A stretch of DNA of 63,938 nucleotides, counting the filler, from Octopus bimaculoides (Eukaryota), in the NCBI RefSeq assembly GCF_001194135.2. It is 4 parts of 4 records of this genome, joined end to end, with 100 filler letters (N's around TTAATTAATTAA, not from the genome) between each part and the next. Parts side by side here need not be neighbours in the genome. Positions count along the whole stretch, not along the records: positions 1 to 26,520 come from NC_068992.1; 3 more parts are not named here. The stretch is one strand, 5' to 3'. This document shows positions 1 to 11,834 of this stretch, one piece after another. Position numbers and translations under genes: made by a program. Positions within the stretch are counted from its first letter, which is position 1; each line of letters begins with the position of its first letter. Under the pieces are notes generated by a model. That model was not told the origin of the DNA, made no database searches, and saw nothing but the letters and a program-made list of their open reading frames with translations.

Positions 1-49
<49 letters not shown>

Positions 50-110
50 CATACATTCATATATATAGATATATGTATGTATACTTGCATAAACACATAT
101 ACATTTATAC
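1..110. repeat. (TA)n microsatellite grading into TA/CA-rich sequence
   Basis: Direct: pure (TA)n at 1-42. Confidence 0.95.
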
Positions 111-380
111 ATTGGCGGTTATGTATTTCTATACGCATTCGCAATTGTAGTTTTATGAAGGTACTTCTACACACGTTGCCCTACAATATGTTGATTATAT
201 AATGCTAGTTGTGTAATTACCTCTCGAGACACACATCTAAAATGTACTGATTCCTCAAAGTAATTATATTCATTAAGTTTTAAGTGTATCTTTACTACAA
301 ATCTCCTGTTAACTGGTAATGTGTAAATAGTTCAGTAGTTTCCCAAAGACGAAAACTAAATCAAAGACAATAAGTCTGAA

Positions 381-636
381 GGTAATTTCTTCTAAAGTAA
401 CAATAAAACAATTTAGAAATCGAACAAGAACATCAAGAACATCATCTAAACGTTTAAAAATATCTTTTAGTAGAGATTTCAAGTATGGAAGAATTAAAGA
501 CAATGTTTTATGTTTCATTGACACGGTTCACGACAAGTAATGTTGCAATAATGGGCATCTTCAGATTATAATTGTGTGATTTTATTACGGGCAGTTAAAC
601 TGGATCTGACATCTGCCACATACACAGACATGTACA
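381..636 (+). repeat. Diverged repeat, copy 1 (inverted partner at 3488-3752)
   Basis: Shares blocks such as tgcaataatggg.atcttca.attataattgtgtgattt and cttttagtaga...caagtatggaa with the reverse complement of 3488-3752. Confidence 0.85.
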
Positions 637-641
637 TACAA

Positions 642-984
642 TCTTTATCTTTTACTGCGGCCATGTTGGGACGCTACTTTGAACAGATTAGGTTAACAAT
701 GGACCGCAGTACTTCTTTTTAAAAACTGGCCTTGTTCTGTTGATTCTCTATTGCTGAACCGCTATGTTACGGGGACATACACAAACAATCACCAGTTGTC
801 ATGCGATGGTGCTATGACATACTCTAACACAAAGACATAGGCACACATATACATATCAATCTATCTATGTATATATATGGAGGGTTTCCACGCAATTTCT
901 GTCTGCCAAATCGCTCAGTGGGTCTGAACCCGAAACCGTATTGTTGCAAAGCGAGCTTATCAATCAGACAGCCATGTCTGCGCC
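642..984 (-). mobile_element. SINE family B, decayed near-full-length copy
   Basis: Reverse complement shows the ggcgcag..atggctgt head, the internal TA-rich tract and the gacaac..ggtg..gtccccgtaac.tagcggttc.gcaa...ccagcatggccgcag 3' part. Confidence 0.75.
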
Positions 985-1158
985 AATATAAATAAGAAAT
1001 GGAAAACAAAACTATAAATTGAACAATTATGAATTCAATTCAATTTAAATATTTTATACAAACAAAATGAGACGTCATTTGCTTGTATAAAATATTTAAA
1101 TTGAATTGAATTCACAATTGTTCAAGTATTGTTTTGTTTTCCATTTCTTATTTATATT
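985..1158. repeat. AT-rich palindrome/hairpin (~80-bp arms)
   Basis: aatataaataagaaatggaaaacaaaac...gaattcaattcaatttaaatattttatacaa is mirrored by ttgtataaaatatttaaattgaattgaattc...gttttgttttccatttcttatttatatt. Confidence 0.9.
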
Positions 1159-1999
1159 TATGTATTAATAAACTTTATGTTTATTTTGTATTTACCTTTT
1201 GGAATGACATTGTTATTGATACAGGTAAAACAAACCAGCAAATTCTTCGGATATTTAATATCCCTTCGGTGAATTTTACACCTAGCTAAATTGTTATATA
1301 TATATATGTCGAGAGAGAAAGAGAGAAAGAGGGAAGGAGGAGAGTGAGAGAGAGAGATAGATGGATAAATATATAGATGAATATTACAATATGCTTAAAT
1401 AATATCCTGAACCCCACCTCCCAAGAATCCAGGTGCTTTACATGTGTAGATTGTTATGATAATTTACCTTTTGTACATGCTCAGTTCGATCACCGGTGCT
1501 GTTACTGTCACTTGAAAGTTTTTTTGTGGGGAATTTAACTAATTTTCTATACAGCAAGAAATGCCTCGCACTCCCTTCATGGCAGAATTGTTGTATTAGT
1601 TTATGACACTCGCTCATATTTATGGTGGTGGTGATTATGTCTACACACGGCTCACGTCTACAACTTAGTCATTCAACAATGAAAGTAAATTCATTCAAAA
1701 TTAACTGAATTTGTAATGGAGATGTCACTCATTAACTAGTAATACAAAAATAATTTGGGTATTTTCCTTTTGCCAAATTAAATCAAGTTTGGACACAATA
1801 AAGAGAAAGGTCTTTTTTCCTCAAAAGTTACAGTAAGTTGCCTGTCATTTTATGATAGGAAATTATAATGGCTTTGATGTCACTGACAAAGAAACATTTA
1901 TACATATATATACAAATGTATTGTGTTGAGTTTTACAACATTTTGGTAATTATTTGCTTTATTCGTCAAGTTACAACAAAAGTAGCCTAACACTGAAAG

Positions 2000-2379
2000 A
2001 GGCCATCGTGATGCAGCGTTTAAAGCCAGCTTTCTGTCAGTTCTTTGGTCCCACACGAGTTTTTATCATTCGAGGCGAAGAACTCCACTGAAACTTCTAT
2101 CGCATCTTGGTTGAGGAAGCGTTACGTGTGTAGCAAGTGAACCATGGATCGGAACAAGTAACAATCCGAGGGAATTAAAGTCCGGACTATATCCTAAGTC
2201 CTGGAGTTTGTCCTGGTCGTTCAAACAGTATGAGGTCTTGTCACAGAAGAACTCGCTTTCTGTTAACCACTGACAGGTATTTTCGTCATACAATGGGACA
2301 AATCTGCTCCAGCTTTTCATAGTAAAGGTTGGCATCGATGGTTCGATCCTCCAGAATGAACTTGTAGTGAATTATCTCC
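2000..2379 (-). mobile_element. Tc1/mariner transposase C-terminal remnant, interrupted by a family B SINE
   Basis: Minus-strand peptides IIHYKFILEDRTIDANLYYEKLEQI, VVNRKRVLL, KLQDLGYSPD and EFFAS match the mariner DD34D C-terminus (YCQQLERL..NRKGVILLQDNA..YSPDLAPSD..EFFASK). Frameshifts and stops are present. Confidence 0.75.
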
Positions 2380-2570
2380 AGGCGCAGGAGTGGCTGTGTG
2401 GTAAGTAGCTTGCTTACCAACCACATGGTTTCGGGTTCAGTCCCATTGCGTGGCACCTTCGGCAAGTGTCTTCTACTATAGCCTCGGGCCGACCAAAGCC
2501 TTGTGAGTGGATTTGGCAGACGGAAACTGAAAGAAGCCCGTCGTATATATATATATATATATATATATAT
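2380..2570 (+). mobile_element. SINE family B 5' half (tRNA-like head + CORE-like segment) running into (TA)n and a gap
   Basis: ggcgcaggagtggctgtgtggtaag (A-box-like), gggttcagtccc (B-box-like), ggcaccttcggcaagtgtcttctact; near identical to 57294 onward. Confidence 0.9.
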
Positions 2571-3487
2571 NNNNNNNNNNNNNNNNNNNNNNNNNNNNNN
2601 NNNNNNNNNNNNNNNNNNNNNNNNNNNNNNNNNNNNNNNNNNNNNNNNNNNNNNNNNNNNNNNNNNNNNNNNNNNNNNNNNNNNNNNNNNNNNNNNNNNN
2701 NNNNNNNNNNNNNNNNNNNNNNNNNNNNNNNNNNNNNNNNNNNNNNNNNNNNNNNNNNNNNNNNNNNNNNNNNNNNNNNNNNNNNNNNNNNNNNNNNNNN
2801 NNNNNNNNNNNNNNNNNNNNNNNNNNNNNNNNNNNNNNNNNNNNNNNNNNNNNNNNNNNNNNNNNNNNNNNNNNNNNNNNNNNNNNNNNNNNNNNNNNNN
2901 NNNNNNNNNNNNNNNNNNNNNNNNNNNNNNNNNNNNNNNNNNNNNNNNNNNNNNNNNNNNNNNNNNNNNNNNNNNNNNNNNNNNNNNNNNNNNNNNNNNN
3001 NNNNNNNNNNNNNNNNNNNNNNNNNNNNNNNNNNNNNNNNNNNNNNNNNNNNNNNNNNNNNNNNNNNNNNNNNNNNNNNNNNNNNNNNNNNNNNNNNNNN
3101 NNNNNNNNNNNNNNNNNNNNNNNNNNNNNNNNNNNNNNNNNNNNNNNNNNNNNNNNNNNNNNNNNNNNNNNNNNNNNNNNNNNNNNNNNNNNNNNNNNNN
3201 NNNNNNNNNNNNNNNNNNNNNNNNNNNNNNNNNNNNNNNNNNNNNNNNNNNNNNNNNNNNNNNNNNNNNNNNNNNNNNNNNNNNNNNNNNNNNNNNNNNN
3301 NNNNNNNNNNNNNNNNNNNNNNNNNNNNNNNNNNNNNNNNNNNNNNNNNNNNNNNNNNNNNNNNNNNNNNNNNNNNNNNNNNNNNNNNNNNNNNNNNNNN
3401 NNNNNNNNNNNNNNNNNNNNNNNNNNNNNNNNNNNNNNATATATATACATATATATATACATATATATATATATATACATGTATATG

Positions 3488-3752
3488 TATGCATTTATGT
3501 GTACGTGGTAGATGTCAGAGCCATTTTACTGCCCGTAATAAAATCACACAATTATAATTTGAAGATTCCCATTATTGCACACGTCACTATCGTGAAACAA
3601 CCGCGTCAATGGAACATAAAATATTGTCCTTATTTTTTCCATACTTGACATGTCTACTAAAAGACACTTTTAATTGTTTAGATGGTGTTGTTTATGTTTT
3701 TGTTCTACTTCTAGACTGTTTTATTGTTAATTTTCAGGGAATAACCATTGCC
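3488..3752 (-). repeat. Diverged repeat, copy 2 (inverted partner at 381-636)
   Basis: See 381-636. Confidence 0.85.
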
Positions 3753-4051
3753 TTTCTTGTGTGTTAAATCAATTCAAATTCGTCAGTGGGGGACTACCTA
3801 ATTGTTTACACGTCACCCGTTAAAACGATATTTCTTTTACAAATACACTTTAAGCTGATTCCAGAAATTAGCTGGTACTTCATTAGTACTTTATTTAAAG
3901 ATTCTGAAAGAATCGAAGCCAAAGTAGTTGACCTCAGTGGAATTTGAATTCAAAGAGTTGGGTGCGAAAACGATTGCTGCATGGTGATGTATTCGATATT
4001 GCAATACGTCGCCCTAGAAACTGAATTATAACCGACCCAAACTACCCGTGT

Positions 4052-4252
4052 CAAAATTTAGCACAAGGCTGGCAGTTTTTGCAGAGGGAGCAAGTCGATT
4101 ATATCAACCCCCGTGCTCAAATGGTACTTATCTTATTGCCCCCGAAAGGATGAAAGGCAAAGTAGATTTCGGCAGAATTTGAACTCAGAACGTAAAGCCG
4201 GACGAAAATGTCGCTAAGCAATTAGTCCGGCGGGCTAACGGTTCTGTCAGTT
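4052..4252 (-). mobile_element. SINE family A
   Basis: cccgaaaggatgaaaggcaaagtagatttcggcagaatttgaactcagaacgtaaag is the reverse complement of the family A core. Confidence 0.85.
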
Positions 4253-4679
4253 TGAGGCCTTAACCGACCCAAAATACTAATAAGCATTTTATCCGGTACT
4301 TTACAGATATGCTTTTTCTCTACCTTTATTCCATTTTCGTTGCGACATCTTACATCCAAGGGTTGCGTCTCAGAGGAAGTTGTGATGGCCAAGTGGAATC
4401 CATAAGTGAAATAGGTCAAGTGTATCGCCTGCAACTGGGAATCAAAACCGAGGAGGTGGTCATTAACTTGTAACTGTTACAAGGACGTCCGCCACTTCCT
4501 TAATATGCAGTGTTAATTTGGGAACCTGAAATAATACAAAAGATAGCGCCAGACTGTCTGGTAAAATTGTAAGTTTAACCGGATATTTTATATATATATT
4601 CGCTTCCAGTCTGTCGTCCTTGACCAGCGATTAATTTGTGGGCAGAGTCAAGTAACAAAGTTCTGTCATCATACTTTTG

Positions 4680-4716
<37 letters not shown>

Positions 4717-5331
4717 NNNNNNNNNNNNNNNNNNNNNNNNNNNNNNNNNNNNNNNNNNNNNNNNNNNNNNNNNNNNNNNNNNNNNNNNNNNNNNNNNNNN
4801 NNNNNNNNNNNNNNNNNNNNNNNNNNNNNNNNNNNNNNNNNNNNNNNNNNNNNNNNNNNNNNNNNNNNNNNNNNNNNNNNNNNNNNNNNNNNNNNNNNNN
4901 NNNNNNNNNNNNNNNNNNNNNNNNNNNNNNNNNNNNNNNNNNNNNNNNNNNNNNNNNNNNNNNNNNNNNNNNNNNNNNNNNNNNNNNNNNNNNNNNNNNN
5001 NNNNNNNNNNNNNNNNNNNNNNNNNNNNNNNNNNNNNNNNNNNNNNNNNNNNNNNNNNNNNNNNNNNNNNNNNNNNNNNNNNNNNNNNNNNNNNNNNNNN
5101 NNNNNNNNNNNNNNNNNNNNNNNNNNNNNNNNNNTATATATATATATATATATATATATGAATAACTGGCTCTCTCTCTCGTGATTGTCATACGAAGCGA
5201 AAATCATAATCTCAGCTGTGATATAAAGTTATGATTCGTTGAGAAGATTTGAGCGCTCTGGTCTGAGTTTCAATACCAGAGGATCTTTCAGTTTCTAGAA
5301 ATTATTTCAGGATTTAAGCATTATGATATTG

Positions 5332-5533
5332 TTTTCAAATTTTGGCACAAGGTCAGAAGTTCGGCGGAAGCGGATAGTCGATTATATTAACTGGAACTTT
5401 TTTTTTTTACGAATCCGGCAATATAAAAGGCAAAGTCGACCTCTGCGGAATTTTAACTCAGAACGCAAAGACGGACGAAATGCGGTTGAGCATTTTGACC
5501 GGCGTGCAACAATTCTGCCAGATTGCCGCCTTA
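5332..5533 (-). mobile_element. SINE family A
   Basis: aaaggcaaagtcgacctctgcggaattttaactcagaacgcaaagacggacgaaatgc...ctgccagattgccgcc. Confidence 0.85.
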
Positions 5534-5802
5534 AGACTGTATGATATTGATTTCTTGTGTGCACTCCAAGTGCTAAATTTTATGCAATCTGCTCATCTTC
5601 AGTAACTTAGTATATGCGGTATCCTTAATCGAAAAGTGAAAAAGTAAGCTGGAGGTTTGAAAACCAGAGTTTTCAAACTAATTTTGACTAATTACTTTTT
5701 ATAAAAGTAAAATTATCGATTGAACCAATCCCAATTTATTAATTATACTTAATTTTCTAATTGTCTGAGACGTCTGGTTAAATAGATTATGCTTTCAATA
5801 TT

Positions 5803-5925
5803 TGTGTCCATATGTGTATCTTTCTATTTGTGCTTGTCCCCCCGCCACCGCTTGACAACCGGTGCTGGTGTACTTACGTCCCCCGTACCGTAGCGTTTCA
5901 GACCGATAGAATAAGTACTAGGCTA
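5803..5925 (+). mobile_element. SINE family B 3' fragment
   Basis: ccaccgcttgacaaccggtgctggtgtacttacgtccccc...accgatagaataagtactaggct. Confidence 0.8.
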
Positions 5926-5929
5926 CCTA

Positions 5930-6200
5930 TGTTTGTTCAGGTTATAAGTTCGATTCACAGAGGCGCGTTGTACCCTTCAGCGAGACACTTTATTTCACTG
6001 CGCTCCAATCCACTCAGCTGGAACGCATGAGTTTTATATGTAATTCAAAGGACAAGCCTTGCCACATTCTGTGTTGCACTGAATCTCCCTGAGAACTACG
6101 TTAAGGTACGGGTGTCTATGGAGTGCTCAGTCACATGCACGTTAAATTCGGGACCAGGCTGTTCCGTTGATCGGATCAACTAGAACACTCGATGTCGTAC
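5930..6200 (+). mobile_element. SINE family C2
   Basis: gagacactttatttcac...ccactcagctgg followed by the C-type body ctgaatctccctgagaactacgttaagg...gctgttccgttgatcggatcaact. Confidence 0.8.
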
Positions 6201-6937
6201 AATTACAGTTAAATGTTCGTTATTACGCTTAACTTACTCAGCAAAATTAATACTTCGAATATAGAGTGATATATCGGGTGTAAAACAGAAATAAACTGTT
6301 GCACAGACGGAATTATTGAAAAGAAAACAATTTCGTCTCTGAGAAGAAGTAAATAGTCCGAAAAACTTTGTCAATCAATTTCAGTGAAATGTAAAATCGC
6401 CCCTGGCTAGATTTGAACAGAGTGTTTTGCGAGACGAAAGACTAAAAACTATGATATTTAAAAGGTCAGCAATATCGGCCGTCTCCTCTCTTTTGGACTG
6501 AATTATCAAGAACATAAGTAGCTGTAAAATGTTATTCTTTATTGGCCGTCTCATCAACGTCTCGACAACCACAAGCACATTTCTTTTTAAAGACGTCAGC
6601 TATATTGATAATCTTGTCAACTATTGAAAACCTCAAGGGTTCTTATCTCTTCTGTCTACTTCTGAACTAGCGTCTATTTGTGTTATACGACCTCTGGACA
6701 AGACAGACTTGCTATACACTGAAGTTTTTCTTTCATATAATTTAACTGTTATATGATCGATGTAATGATTTATTGAATGACTAAGTGTTGTAGGCTGATA
6801 GAATACATTTTATAGTCATAAGTTTAATAGTTACATTGTGAATATAATGGTACGTAATGTAATAGCGAGTGTTGGCCTATGGGGTAAATTTTAACTGGTT
6901 CCTATTTGGTCAGCGGTGCTGTCGCCCAACTGTCTAT

Positions 6938-7117
6938 CTTTTACTTGTTTCAGTTATTGATCAGCGGCCATGCTGGAGCACCACCTTGAAGAGTTTAGTC
7001 GAACAAATGGACACCAGTATTTCTGTTTTTTAAAGTCTGGTACTTATTCTATCGGCCTCTTTTTGCCGGATCGCTAAGTTACGGGGACGTAAACAAACCA
7101 ACACGGGTTGTCAAGCA
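6938..7117 (-). mobile_element. SINE family B 3' fragment
   Basis: cttttacttgtttcagt..gcggccatgctggagcacc...ggtacttattctatcggcctc...ctaagttacggggacgtaaac. Confidence 0.85.
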
Positions 7118-7125
7118 CGCCACAA

Positions 7126-7267
7126 CGAAAAATACTTTAGGAATGGGAACCCAGGTTCGAAATTTCCCCAAGACACCTGATAAAGGCTGGAGGGTATATC
7201 AGCCGAAACGTTGTGTTAACAACAAACAAGATGAGGACAAATATCCATCAAATGTAAATAATGTAAA
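7126..7267 (+). mobile_element. 5'-truncated copy of a tRNA-headed repeat carrying a hammerhead-like tail
   Basis: Overlaps ~70 bp with the reverse complement of 8177-8255 (cgaaaaatac.ttaggaatg.aacccaggttcgaaatttcccc.agacacctgat.aaggct.gagggtatat). Confidence 0.75.
7172..7217 (+). ncRNA. Minimal type I hammerhead-ribozyme-like motif (core mutated, CUGAUAA)
   Basis: GACAC-CTGATAA-A-GGCTG(gagggtatat)CAGCC-GAAAC-GTT-GTGTT gives stem I, core, stem II, GAAA and a loopless palindromic stem III (ACGT). The sister copy at 8177-8210 has an intact CTGATGA. Confidence 0.6.
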
Positions 7268-8176
7268 CTCTTGTATTGTTAAGACAAAGGAAACTAATAA
7301 CACTCCAAATATTTGGAAGGACAGGAAGCTTCAAACCGATTGTGTACCCCGCTTGCTTTGAGTTTAGCACCAAATGGCACAAACCAAATACCATTGCACT
7401 AGCACTGAGAAATATATCAAATTTATCTCCAAATGAGTTTATCTAGTAATTTATGAAAACATCGTTGGAATATAACAACAATTTAGAAGTAAAATGCAAA
7501 ACAAATGAATATCATGAATATTTATCAGAAATAGATAGGAACAAGTTGTAATTTAGTTAGTAATAAGATAACACAGAGATGGTAAGATATATCCACAAAT
7601 CAATAAAAGTCGATATGTTTATCATCAAGGAGAATATGTGTTTTATTATGTATAGTTTACAAGAAGTAAATCATTTCTGGACACTGAATGTAATGTTATG
7701 AAAGAAGTCAGAGACATAAACACGTCCGGTGTTTTCCGAAGAATTTAATTTGTATTGAATTTGATAACACAAAGCAGGGAATCATAAGATAAAGGCCAAC
7801 ACATGCAATGCTAGAATTTGAAAGTTACCAACTTCGCTTAGATAATGAGTGAGTCAAAGTTTCATTCAAAAGTTAACCAGCTTTATCAAATTTTACACGT
7901 ACATATTTACACACCACTTTACATACACACACACACACACACANNNNNNNNNNNNNNNNNNNNNNNNNNNNNNNNNNNNNNNNNNNNNNNNNNNNNNNNN
8001 NNNNNNNNNNNNNNNNNNNNNNNNNNNNNNNNNNNNNNNNNNNNNNNNNNNNNNNNNNNNNNNNNNNNNNNNNNACTGCCGATCTATTTCCAAGTATTCT
8101 GAATTTGATTTGTTCAATCTTTCGTTTGGAGTGTACATACTTTGAAGTAAGAACTTTGAAACCTACCTTAAGAAAA

Positions 8177-8344
8177 CTAATATACCCTCTAGCCTTCATC
8201 AGGTGTCTGGGGGGAAATTTCGAACCTGGGTTTTCATTCCTAATGTATTTTTCGATGTTATTATTATTATTATTATTCAGGTCACTGCTTGGAATCGAAC
8301 TCGGAATCTTGGGGTTAGTAGCCCGCGCTCTTAACCACTACGCC
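8177..8344 (-). mobile_element. tRNA-headed SINE-like repeat, 3'-truncated inside the hammerhead-like motif
   Basis: Reverse complement: ggcgtagtggttaagagc (A box), gggctactaaccc (anticodon-like arm), agttcgattcc (B box), (aat)n, then agacacCTGATGAaggctagagggtatattag. Confidence 0.75.
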
Positions 8345-9117
8345 CGTTGGGATTTGATTAATTTAGCATTTTGAATTCACATTCTTCGAAAAACAAATCA
8401 CGGAGGCACTATAATTACTATAAAATTAAATGACTCGATATAATAAATTAGAAATGCAATCCATAAATCTAAGGCATAAATTGGAAAGAATCAGAAACCT
8501 GAAATTACATGAAATTCTACTTCTTATTGAAATTTATTGCATAATTGACCATTTGTTACTGATTACATCACACAATAACTGCTACAGCAATACTAATTGC
8601 GTTACAAATTACGAAAAAACGTATTTAACGTATTTTTACCCGCGTACATTAATATTTTAAAATATTTTAATATTTTCTACATAAATTTAATGTAAAATTT
8701 TAATATTGTTGAAGATTAATTTTGAATTCAAATTATTTTGATAATTATAAATAATTAATATATTGTATGGATATTCGTTTACGCTACAACATGATGGAAT
8801 TCATAATGAAACATTAACAAGAAGAAACAATTTGGAGCCATGTTTGGAAAACGTTTTTGTTTGGCAGTTACGATTCATCCGTGGGAATGTTACGGGTGTT
8901 TATAAATAAATTTATGCTTGTACTAACATGCTATCTTAAAGAAAGTGGGGTGATCTAATTTTCAATGTACTCCTTTATGAAAAATGCGAGTTGAAAATTG
9001 AGGGTATTTTGTTGTTATTTATAACATACACAACGATCATGTATAAGCTATTTGTCATAACAAAATAAACCGCAAGTTGTTAGCAGTAATCGACTTAATC
9101 TCTTTGTCTGTCCTTAA

Positions 9118-9521
9118 GAAACGTTAGCACGCTGGACGAAATGCTTAGCGGTATTTCGCCCGTCTTTACGTTCTGAGTTCAAATTCCGCCGAGGTTGACT
9201 TTACATGTCATCCTTTCGGGGTCGATAAATTAAGTACCAGTTGAGTACTGGAGTCGATGTAATAAGCTATCCCCCCCTCCCCAAAATTTCAGGCCTTGTG
9301 CCTATAATAGAGAAGGAAATAATTGTTAGAGCGTCGAACAAAATGCTTAGAAGCGTTTCTTCTGATTTTACGTTCTGAATTCAAATTCTGCCAAAGTCAA
9401 CTTTGCGTTTCATCCTTCCGGGGTTGAAAAAGTGGGTAGCAGTTGAGCACTGGGGGTTGATGTAATCCACTTACCCCGTGTTCCGAAACTGTTGACTTCG
9501 TGCCAACATCTGAAATTAATA
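9118..9521 (+). mobile_element. Two head-to-tail family A SINEs (9118-9320, 9323-9521)
   Basis: Both contain gttctgagttcaaattc.gcc.aggt.gacttt...catcctt.cggggt.ga; the tails differ. Confidence 0.85.
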
Positions 9522-9869
9522 TATATCATGTATGTGTTGTGGGAAGTTGGAAGCATAAATTTTGCTAATCGAGAAAGAAATGTCGGTTTACTATAATATG
9601 CTAGATAGACTTTGCTGTTGTGCGTTGTCTAACAACATGTGTATATCATCAACAAATTTGGATCAGATCCAAGAAATGGGTATTATGATTGAATTCCAAT
9701 GCCTATTACTTGGTATAACTTGACACGAATTAACTAGAGCCCATCTTTTCCAAACCAGAAGAGATGGACTATTAGTTTGAACACGGCATGGTTTTGTATT
9801 CAAAGCATAACATAACGGAACTAGATACTGTAATGTAATTAGCTCCTGCTTTAACATATCTAACGAGCC

Positions 9870-10279
9870 TTTCTATTAAAGGCACAAGGTCTGAACTTTT
9901 AGGGAGAGGGTGTAGTCAGTTACTCATCCCCACCCCTCACGAAAACTAAAATAAAAGAATAAATAAAATGGAAAGCAACATTTACGGTATTTGAACGCAG
10001 AATGCCAAGCCGGAATGAAAGCGTTAACAGACAGGACCAGCACGTTGACTGATCTTCCAGCTTACCAATTTATATAAAACTCTCTTCAATAGGTACACGG
10101 CCATAAATTTCCACTGTGGGTATTAGTCGATTATATTGACTCCAGTTTTCAATGGGTACGTATTTTATCGACCCCGAAATGGTGAAAGTTCAAGTGAACT
10201 TTCATGAAACTTGAACACAAAATGCCGGAGGAAATGCACGTTCTCCGGCAAGCTACCAATGCTAGTAGCTTGTCGCCTT
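9870..10279 (-). mobile_element. Two decayed family A SINEs
   Basis: aggcacaagg/ggtacacggcc tails, gtcgattatattgactccag and tatcgaccccgaaatggtgaaag. Confidence 0.6.
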
Positions 10280-11164
10280 TAATATATCTAATAATGTAAC
10301 TAGTTTAATGATGTCTGTAATACGCCAGTCAGTATACAACGTTTGTTAAGTATAAGTTTTGATAGCGTAGTAGTATGGTAAATGCTTCAATGAATTTTAT
10401 TGTTATTGAAGCACACAAGTGGTCTGTGCTTTTATTTCAATAGCAAATCATAATTTTATGGCTGGAAGTAAAGACTTACGTTAATTATTAAGAAGGCGGT
10501 AAATTAGCAGAGTTATTAGAGCGGTCAGGTAAAATACTTTAGGACTTTCATATCAGCTTTGTGAGTTCAAATTTGACAGGTGTTCAATTTTTCCGTTAAC
10601 ACTTTCAAGAGTCGATAAATAGGGAACTATTTTAATACTGGAATTATTTCGTCGTTTTTCTCTCGGCTTTTCTCACAGGGACCAATGACTGTCCGTGAGA
10701 GCAACAAAAACAGGAAAAAAAAGGAAGAAAAAGGTAAAGCTATTTCCAGCATGACCGCAGTTTTAAAACTGAAACAAATTAAAGCGTTAAAGAGTAAGAT
10801 AATTAAAAATCGCTAGAAATCTCGGTAGATCTATCTCCGCTCTAAAGCTTGGTGACTACAAATGATGACGTGACAATGATATTCAAATTCGTCGAATGGG
10901 AAATCTTTTACACCGATATCTTCAGTCAATCATTGACAGTGTGCAGCTGGAATAGCGGGATGAAAGGCTGAGTTATTCTCAAAGGGTGGACCCCCTAGAA
11001 AGGCTTTCGACAAAGTGAACTCCCCTAAAGTCTAAGATGTTGTTAAACTGGGCAACACAAAACTGTTTCTCTTTCAGTTGTAAAGGAGAAATATGAATGT
11101 ATGATCACCTCGCAAACTTCTAGGTAACTTTTTAAAGCAACCTGCATCAAGTATCTTGTAATTG

Positions 11165-11610
11165 CTTCAGTCATTGGACTAGGGCTATATAGGGGGCCTT
11201 CAAGAATTTAGTCGAAAACAATCAACCCTATACTTATATTTTAAAATTCTGGTATTTATTCAATCGGTCTCTTTTGCCGAACCGTTGTTACGGGTACGTA
11301 ATCAAACCAACGCCGGTTGTTAATTGGTGGTGGAGACAAACATGGCACAAACACATAGATCTTTTATGTTTCATCTTTTGCTTGTTCTGTATTTGGCCTG
11401 TGACCAAGCTGGAGCACCGCCTTGAAGGGTTTAGCCGAACGAATCGATCCCAGTACTTGACATCTATCTGGTACTCGTTCTATCGAATTCTTTTTACTGG
11501 ACTGCTATGGTACAAGTTTTTGAGGACCCGAGACTATCGTAGAAGACACTCGTACTGGGATTGAACCCGAGACTATGTGGTTTGGAAACATATTACACCT
11601 CTCCCTGCGG
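11165..11610 (-). mobile_element. Two family B SINE fragments
   Basis: cggtctcttttgccgaaccg; gctggagcaccgccttgaagggtttagccgaac; gtagaagacac...ttgaacccgagactatgtgg. Confidence 0.75.
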
Positions 11611-11834
11611 CTATGTTAGCACTTAACTATTGTTTCACTTGCAGATGGCGTCTCTGATTAGTCATTCGGTAATTGTGTTTTGCAACGCCAACTAAACATC
11701 GTAGGTTTATTTAGAGATGCTTTTGTTGTTACTTCCGCAACTACAGTCAAGGCTATGTTTTGCTGATGCTATCAGAAAAGCACTAAAAATATCTACACTT
11801 ATCTCATTTATCTACAGAGAAAATGAAAACAACA

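Noticed and set aside
10985-11025. RKAFDKVN, resembling a LINE RT motif
   Set aside because: Eight residues with no flanking RT similarity; too short to call.
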